Below are positions 43,353 through 47,511 of a DNA stretch of 47,511 nucleotides, piece by piece; positions within the stretch are counted from its first letter, which is position 1, and each line of letters opens with the position of its first letter. A program made the position numbers and the translations under genes. Where the stretch lies: the NCBI GenBank assembly GCA_017609385.1, contig JAFCEA010000005.1, positions 1-47,511 on the forward strand, written 5' to 3'. The DNA is from Candidatus Woesearchaeota archaeon (GTDB lineage Archaea > Nanobdellota > Nanobdellia > Woesearchaeales > CG1-02-33-12). The notes beneath the pieces were generated by a model that saw only the letters and a program-made list of their open reading frames with translations, made no database searches and had not been told where the DNA came from.

Positions 43353-43539
43353 GGGGCTGTAGGGTAGCTTGGTTCATCCTTTCTGGTTTGGGTTGTTAAA
43401 ACACAAGAAACCAGACGACCCCGGTTCAAACCAAATGGTTACGCTCATTTGATACGCAAAGAGCGACATTCAATTGCTTTGCAATTGAAGTCCCTCAAGT
43501 TCATTACGCTCACCAGTTGTGAAAGTCCGGGCAGCCCCA
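43353..43539 (+). tRNA. tRNA-Pro(UGG) with two introns: 17 nt at 37/38 (43393-43409) and 95 nt at 59/60 in the T-loop (43431-43525)
   Basis: The spliced product is a 75-nt cloverleaf. Acceptor GGGGCTG/CAGCCCC plus A. Anticodon stem TCTGG/CCAGA with TGG at 43389-43391 and G37. T stem CCCGG (43420-43424)/CCGGG (43527-43531). Both introns are framed by 3-4-3 BHB motifs. Confidence 0.85.
43432..43497 (+). repeat. 66-nt conserved intron module, copy 2 (inside the tRNA-Pro T-loop intron)
   Basis: 65/66 identical to 6796-6861. The single difference is t43479 versus c6843, in a hairpin loop. Confidence 0.9.
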
Positions 43540-43563
43540 GTTTATGGTAATATAAGAAACAAA

Positions 43564-43800
43564 ATGGCAAAAGTCAAGGGTTTAGGGTCCATTAAAAGAT
43601 TTGGATCAAGGTATGGAAGAACAGTCAAGCTAAAACTTGCTAAGATTGAAAAGGAGCAGAGAAAAAAGCATAAGTGCCCGTACTGCAATAGCTTGCAGGT
43701 CAAAAGGGTGGCTGTTGGAATATGGTTCTGCAAGAAATGCAAGACTAAGTTCACTGGAAAGGCCTATACTCTTGCAAAAGAAGAGAAGAAGGTGCTCTAA
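43564..43800 (+). CDS. rpl37ae: Ribosomal protein eL43 (L37Ae)
   Basis: MAKVKGLGSIKRFGSRYGRTVK...CPYCNSLQVKRVAVGIWFCKKCKTKFTGKAY. The track ORF start (43519) lies inside the tRNA-Pro 3' exon; ATG 43564 is the real start. Confidence 0.9.
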   Translation: MAKVKGLGSIKRFGSRYGRTVKLKLAKIEKEQRKKHKCPYCNSLQVKRVAVGIWFCKKCKTKFTGKAYTLAKEEKKVL

Positions 43801-43938
43801 ATGGTAGAATACAGATGTTTTGATTGTAATAAAAAGGTGTCCATAGATTACCTGAAAAAAAAGATTAGATGCCCTTACTGCGGCTCTAAAATACTTTTCA
43901 AGCCAAGAACAACAATAACAAAGGTCAAAGCCAGATGA
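43801..43938 (+). CDS. rpoP: DNA-directed RNA polymerase subunit P (Rpo12/RPABC4)
   Basis: Hand translation: MVEYRCFDCNKKVSIDYLKKKIRCPYCGSKILFKPRTTITKVKAR*. It has a C4 zinc ribbon with IRCPYCG.RIL.K.R. It starts immediately after the eL43 stop. Not in the ORF track. Confidence 0.85.
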   Translation: MVEYRCFDCNKKVSIDYLKKKIRCPYCGSKILFKPRTTITKVKAR

Positions 43939-44168
43939 TTTATTCAGCTAGAATAAGGGTCTATAAAAATCCAGACATTATTTACAAATGCTTTTGTTCA
44001 GAATCAAAAAGTTTAAAAACAGACAGGTCAGATTACACTATCAAAAAATACAAGGATTACATTGAATTCAATATCAAGGCAAAAGACTCTGTTGCATTAA
44101 GGGCAACCCTTAATTCAATCACAAAACTGCTTACTGTTTATGAAAAAATAGGGGGATTAAAAAAATGA
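43935..44168 (+). CDS. pcc1: KEOPS complex subunit Pcc1-like protein
   Basis: 77 aa with the pattern A.I.V....IY......I.F.I.A.D..ALRATLNS...LL.V.E.I. It sits in the conserved archaeal eL43-RpoP-Pcc1-prefoldin-beta neighbourhood. ATGA overlap with rpoP. Confidence 0.62.
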   Translation: MIYSARIRVYKNPDIIYKCFCSESKSLKTDRSDYTIKKYKDYIEFNIKAKDSVALRATLNSITKLLTVYEKIGGLKK

Positions 44169-44494
44169 ATGTTTCAAAGGAAACCGAGCAAAAAATCCAG
44201 CAGCTGCAGCTTATTGAACAAAGCATGCAACAGTTTTTAATGCAAAAACAAAGCTTTCAAACACAGCTAGTGGAAATAGAATCAGCATTAAAAGAGCTGG
44301 ATAATTCTGAAACTGCATATAAGATTGTGGGCAACATAATGGTTTCCTCAAAAAAAGAGGAACTAGAGAAAGACCTAAAATCAAAAAAAGAAACAGTTGA
44401 GCTAAGGATAAAGATGCTTGAAAAACAAGAGGAAAAAATCAAGGAAAAGGCAGATAAAATTCAAAAAGAAGTTCTCAAAGAAATAAAGGAGTAA
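44165..44494 (+). CDS. pfdB: Prefoldin beta subunit
   Basis: Coiled coil - beta hairpin - coiled coil: QQLQLIEQSMQQFLMQKQSFQTQLVEIESALKELD...AYKIVGNIMV... Confidence 0.85.
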   Translation: MNVSKETEQKIQQLQLIEQSMQQFLMQKQSFQTQLVEIESALKELDNSETAYKIVGNIMVSSKKEELEKDLKSKKETVELRIKMLEKQEEKIKEKADKIQKEVLKEIKE

Positions 44495-44505
44495 TAACCC
44501 TAAAG

Positions 44506-44760
44506 ATGACAGAAGAAAAAATAAAAGAGATTATTGATGCCCTTTCAGAACTTGGCAATGATTTAGCAGTTCCTAAGAACATAAAGAACAGAATAAACCA
44601 TATGATTGATATTTTAAAAGATGATTCAGAACTATCGATAAGAGTTAACAAGGTCTTGAATGATCTTGATGAGATAGCAGATGACACAAACATGCAGGCT
44701 TACACAAGAATACAGATATTGAATATTGTATCTTTATTAGAAACAACTCAAACTAGCTGA
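44506..44760 (+). CDS. UPF0147-family small helical protein
   Basis: ...DLAVPKNIKNRINHMIDILKDD...DDTNMQAYTRIQILNIVSLLE matches the archaeal UPF0147 pattern (VPRNIRR...DPNMP.HTR..IW). Confidence 0.75.
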   Translation: MTEEKIKEIIDALSELGNDLAVPKNIKNRINHMIDILKDDSELSIRVNKVLNDLDEIADDTNMQAYTRIQILNIVSLLETTQTS

Positions 44761-45340
44761 ACTTTTTCCTTTTAAGCTTCACAACTGTTTTCTTTGTTAA
44801 TAAAGAATTTGGAATATAAATTATATCCCCTTGTTTTGTCTCTATCTTTGTTTCAATAAGGTTTATATGAACAACTTTCCCCTCAGTGCTATCAACCTTG
44901 AGGATATCACCCTCTTTAATAAATCTTTTCTGATGAATAAATAACCCTGCGAACATATTGGGCATAAAGTCTTTTATTGAAAGTAAAACTGAGATTATTA
45001 TTATGATTAGTACGGCTCCTGATATCATATGCAGAACAACTGTTGTAAGGCCAAGCTGGTTTAAGGCCATAACAATAAATATAAAATAAATAAAGTAGGT
45101 AATAAAAGTGGAGATTATCTCCTCTACAGAAACCTTGATTCCAGCTGCTTTTTTTATAATTCTATTGAGTTCAACCTCATGAAGTGCTTTCTGGATAAGC
45201 TTGCCAAGGATCTTCCCCAATACAAGACCTATGAGCACAATTATTACTGCAACAACCAGTTTAGTAAAAATACCAGATAATAGTTTGGGCAAAATATTTA
45301 TTGAGTTAGTAATCACAGATGCATTATTTACAGGATCCAT
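44753..45340 (-). CDS. Small MscS-family mechanosensitive channel
   Basis: Three TM helices followed by the beta domain GDILKVDSTEGKVVHINLIETKIETKQGDIIYIPNS. Confidence 0.75.
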   Translation of the reverse strand: MDPVNNASVITNSINILPKLLSGIFTKLVVAVIIVLIGLVLGKILGKLIQKALHEVELNRIIKKAAGIKVSVEEIISTFITYFIYFIFIVMALNQLGLTTVVLHMISGAVLIIIIISVLLSIKDFMPNMFAGLFIHQKRFIKEGDILKVDSTEGKVVHINLIETKIETKQGDIIYIPNSLLTKKTVVKLKRKKFS

Positions 45341-45438
45341 AGCAAACCTTGGTGTTTATTCATTTAAAAAACTTATGCTTTTCTATGAAAAAAATTAGTT
45401 AGAAAAGAATATAAAGAGAGTTTACTTTTTATTAAAAT

Positions 45439-46596
45439 ATGGCACAGAAAAAGAAAACAAAGCATGTTAAACTAGATGAAAGGCTAAAGAAAAGACCTGA
45501 AAAGAAAACCAATTATGATAAAATAAAAGAGCTTGAGCAGGAGCTTTCAACCACAAAATACAACAAAAGAACCCAGCACCATATTGGCTTGGTAAAGGCA
45601 AGGATAGCTAATTTAAAGAAAAAAGAGCTTGCACGTTCAGCATCAAAAGGAAAAAAAGATGGCTATTCTGTAAGAAAAACAGGCGATGGAACAGTTATTA
45701 TATTAGGATTTCCATCAGTAGGAAAATCAACCCTGCTAAACAGCATTACAAACGCTAATTCACAAATAGGCACATATGATTTTACAACGCTTAAGGTAAT
45801 ACCTGGAATCATAAAATACAAACATGCAAAGATTCAGATTCTTGATGTCCCAGGGGTTGTATCTGGTGCTGCATCTGGCCGAGGTCGTGGAAAAGAGGTG
45901 CTTGCAGTAATACGCAACTGTGATTTGGTTATTATTCTATTAGATATAAATCAGCTTAAGGCATATAATGTTTTATGCAAAGAGCTTTATGAAGCAGGAA
46001 TACGTCTAAATCAGGAAGAGCCTGATGTAAGGATAAAAAAGAAAGCCCGCGGAGGAATACAGATAGGCAAGACTGTTCATTTGCCAGATTTAGATGACAA
46101 GACAATAAAAAGCATACTAAAGGAGTTCTCAATATCAAATGCAGAGGTTCTCATAAGAACTCCAATAAATGCAGACCAGTTTATTGATTGCATTGAGGGA
46201 AACAGGAAATATCTTCCAGGCATTGTTATTGTAAATAAGATTGACCTGGCTACTCCTGAACAGATTGCTGGTGCTAAGAAAATATTTCCTGATGCCTTAT
46301 TTATATGTGCCAATAAAGAGGGTTATACTAATGAACTCAAAGAAAAGATATACAACGGGCTTGAACTTATCAATATATACCTAAAAGAAGTAGGGAAAAA
46401 AGCAGATTTAAAAATTCCCCTGATAATGAATAAGGGTTGTACAATAAGGGATGTATGCAGCAAATTACACCAGGATTTTATAACAAAATTCAAATATGCT
46501 AGGGTTTGGGGAAAATCTGCAAAGTTTGACGGCCAGATGCTTAGATTAAAACACAAACTTTTAGATGGAGATGTTGTTGAGCTTCATTTAAGATAA
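45439..46596 (+). CDS. DRG/Rbg-type OBG-family GTPase with C-terminal TGS domain
   Basis: G1 GFPSVGKSTLLN, G3 DVPGVV, G4 NKID, and a C-terminal TGS-like segment (KGCTIRDVCSKLHQDF...VWG). Confidence 0.9.
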   Translation: MAQKKKTKHVKLDERLKKRPEKKTNYDKIKELEQELSTTKYNKRTQHHIGLVKARIANLKKKELARSASKGKKDGYSVRKTGDGTVIILGFPSVGKSTLLNSITNANSQIGTYDFTTLKVIPGIIKYKHAKIQILDVPGVVSGAASGRGRGKEVLAVIRNCDLVIILLDINQLKAYNVLCKELYEAGIRLNQEEPDVRIKKKARGGIQIGKTVHLPDLDDKTIKSILKEFSISNAEVLIRTPINADQFIDCIEGNRKYLPGIVIVNKIDLATPEQIAGAKKIFPDALFICANKEGYTNELKEKIYNGLELINIYLKEVGKKADLKIPLIMNKGCTIRDVCSKLHQDFITKFKYARVWGKSAKFDGQMLRLKHKLLDGDVVELHLR

Positions 46597-47469
46597 GCTC
46601 TTTAAGTAATCTTTTTTGTATTTAAAGCCATTCTTCTTTGTTAATTTTGATATTGCCTTATCAATCCCAGAGCCATATTGTGCAGCTGTTTTCTTCCTGA
46701 ATGCCAACTCTTTTGGCAGTCCTAAATCAAGTGCAATTTCACGTAGTATGTATTTTCTTATATTATTTTTTATTTTGTATTCTGATGGAATTTGCATGGC
46801 TAATTTTATTATATTTTCATCAAGAAATGGTGTGACTAATTTTGCATTCAGGTTTTTGGCTATAAGAAAGTCCCTTTCAATGTCATTATAGATGTTTTTG
46901 ATGCTTGACCAGCACTCTTTATTTATGTTTTTTATATTTTCAAACCTGCTGTATCCTGCAAACATTTCATCAGAACCAGTACCAGTAAATAAAGTGTTTA
47001 TTGAATCTTCTTTTGCAAGCCTTATTCCTGCATAAAGCACAGAGCCAACTCCCACATCAACAATATCTGTTTGTTTTAGTATCTTAATTGTTTTTTTTAT
47101 TATTTTTTCTGTTTTATCTAATTCAAGGGTTACTGTTTTTAGCTTTAGGTTAAGAGCCAAAGCTGTTCTTTCTGCCCATTCAATGTCTTTAGAGTTCTTG
47201 AGGCCAATGCAATAACAAGTGAGGTTGAGATTTAGTTTTTTGCATATCAATGCAATTATTGAGGAGTCTATACCTCCTGAGAAAAGAATCCCAAATTTCT
47301 TTAAGTTAATAGTTCTTTTTTTTATTGATTTTACAAGTTTCTCTTTAACTAACTCCCTGCACCTTTCTTTATTTGTTTCTATCTTGTTTGTCTTCAGGCC
47401 ATTAATATATTTATCCCATTCATCCTGGCTAATCAGTTTTTTATTTTTAATTATGCCTTGCATTTCCAT
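46588..47469 (-). CDS. Asparagine-synthase-C-terminal-like PP-loop ATP pyrophosphatase (no glutaminase domain)
   Basis: PP-loop FSGGIDSSIIAL and a downstream TGTGSDEMFAGY segment typical of the AsnB C-terminal domain. Confidence 0.68.
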   Translation of the reverse strand: MEMQGIIKNKKLISQDEWDKYINGLKTNKIETNKERCRELVKEKLVKSIKKRTINLKKFGILFSGGIDSSIIALICKKLNLNLTCYCIGLKNSKDIEWAERTALALNLKLKTVTLELDKTEKIIKKTIKILKQTDIVDVGVGSVLYAGIRLAKEDSINTLFTGTGSDEMFAGYSRFENIKNINKECWSSIKNIYNDIERDFLIAKNLNAKLVTPFLDENIIKLAMQIPSEYKIKNNIRKYILREIALDLGLPKELAFRKKTAAQYGSGIDKAISKLTKKNGFKYKKDYLKSLS

Positions 47470-47511
47470 ATTTTTATCAAAAATTCAGAAGTTTAAAAAT
47501 ATGCCTTTTTT

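Noticed and set aside
43519-43563. N-terminal extension of the eL43 ORF (MKVRAAPVYGNIRNK)
   Set aside because: It overlaps the tRNA-Pro T-loop intron end and 3' exon. eL43 proteins start at MAK..., as at 43564.

Overview
AT-rich, gene-dense archaeal chromosome segment. The archaeal call rests on aRF1, aIF5A, eL40, eL43, RpoP, Pcc1, prefoldin beta, SRP54, endonuclease Q and intron-bearing tRNAs. A DPANN-like lineage is only an inference from the small proteins, low GC and gene content. I call about 50 CDS, 4 tRNAs (3 with introns) and no rRNA, CRISPR, transposase or integrase. Content is mostly housekeeping: translation, ThrRS, PEP synthase, class I aldolase, AMP phosphorylase and DNA repair. 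There is also a bidirectional glycogen-metabolism cluster at about 17.9-26.6 kb. The strongest signals are RNA-level or selfish-element features that the ORF track does not explain. (1) tRNA-Val and tRNA-Pro each carry a second, unusually long intron (136 and 95 nt) at T-loop position 59/60. Each is framed by a canonical bulge-helix-bulge motif, and the two introns share a 66-nt module identical at 65/66 positions. (2) A partial copy of the tRNA-Val intron flanks lies just downstream of that tRNA and carries a compensatory hairpin substitution. (3) A 508-aa intein (LAGLIDADG endonuclease plus an XRE-type HTH) sits immediately after the catalytic GGQ motif of aRF1. (4) A GH57 glycoside hydrolase gene is broken by a perfect 59-bp tandem duplication, and removing one copy restores a 402-codon frame. 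(5) Two small paralogous proteins are translationally coupled to the glycogen genes. (6) A 41-aa, roughly 75% Lys/Arg micro-ORF is built on a 48-bp tandem repeat. Three small conserved genes absent from the ORF track were found by hand: eL40, RpoP and the polybasic ORF. All homology statements come from motif recognition by eye, and no database search was run.
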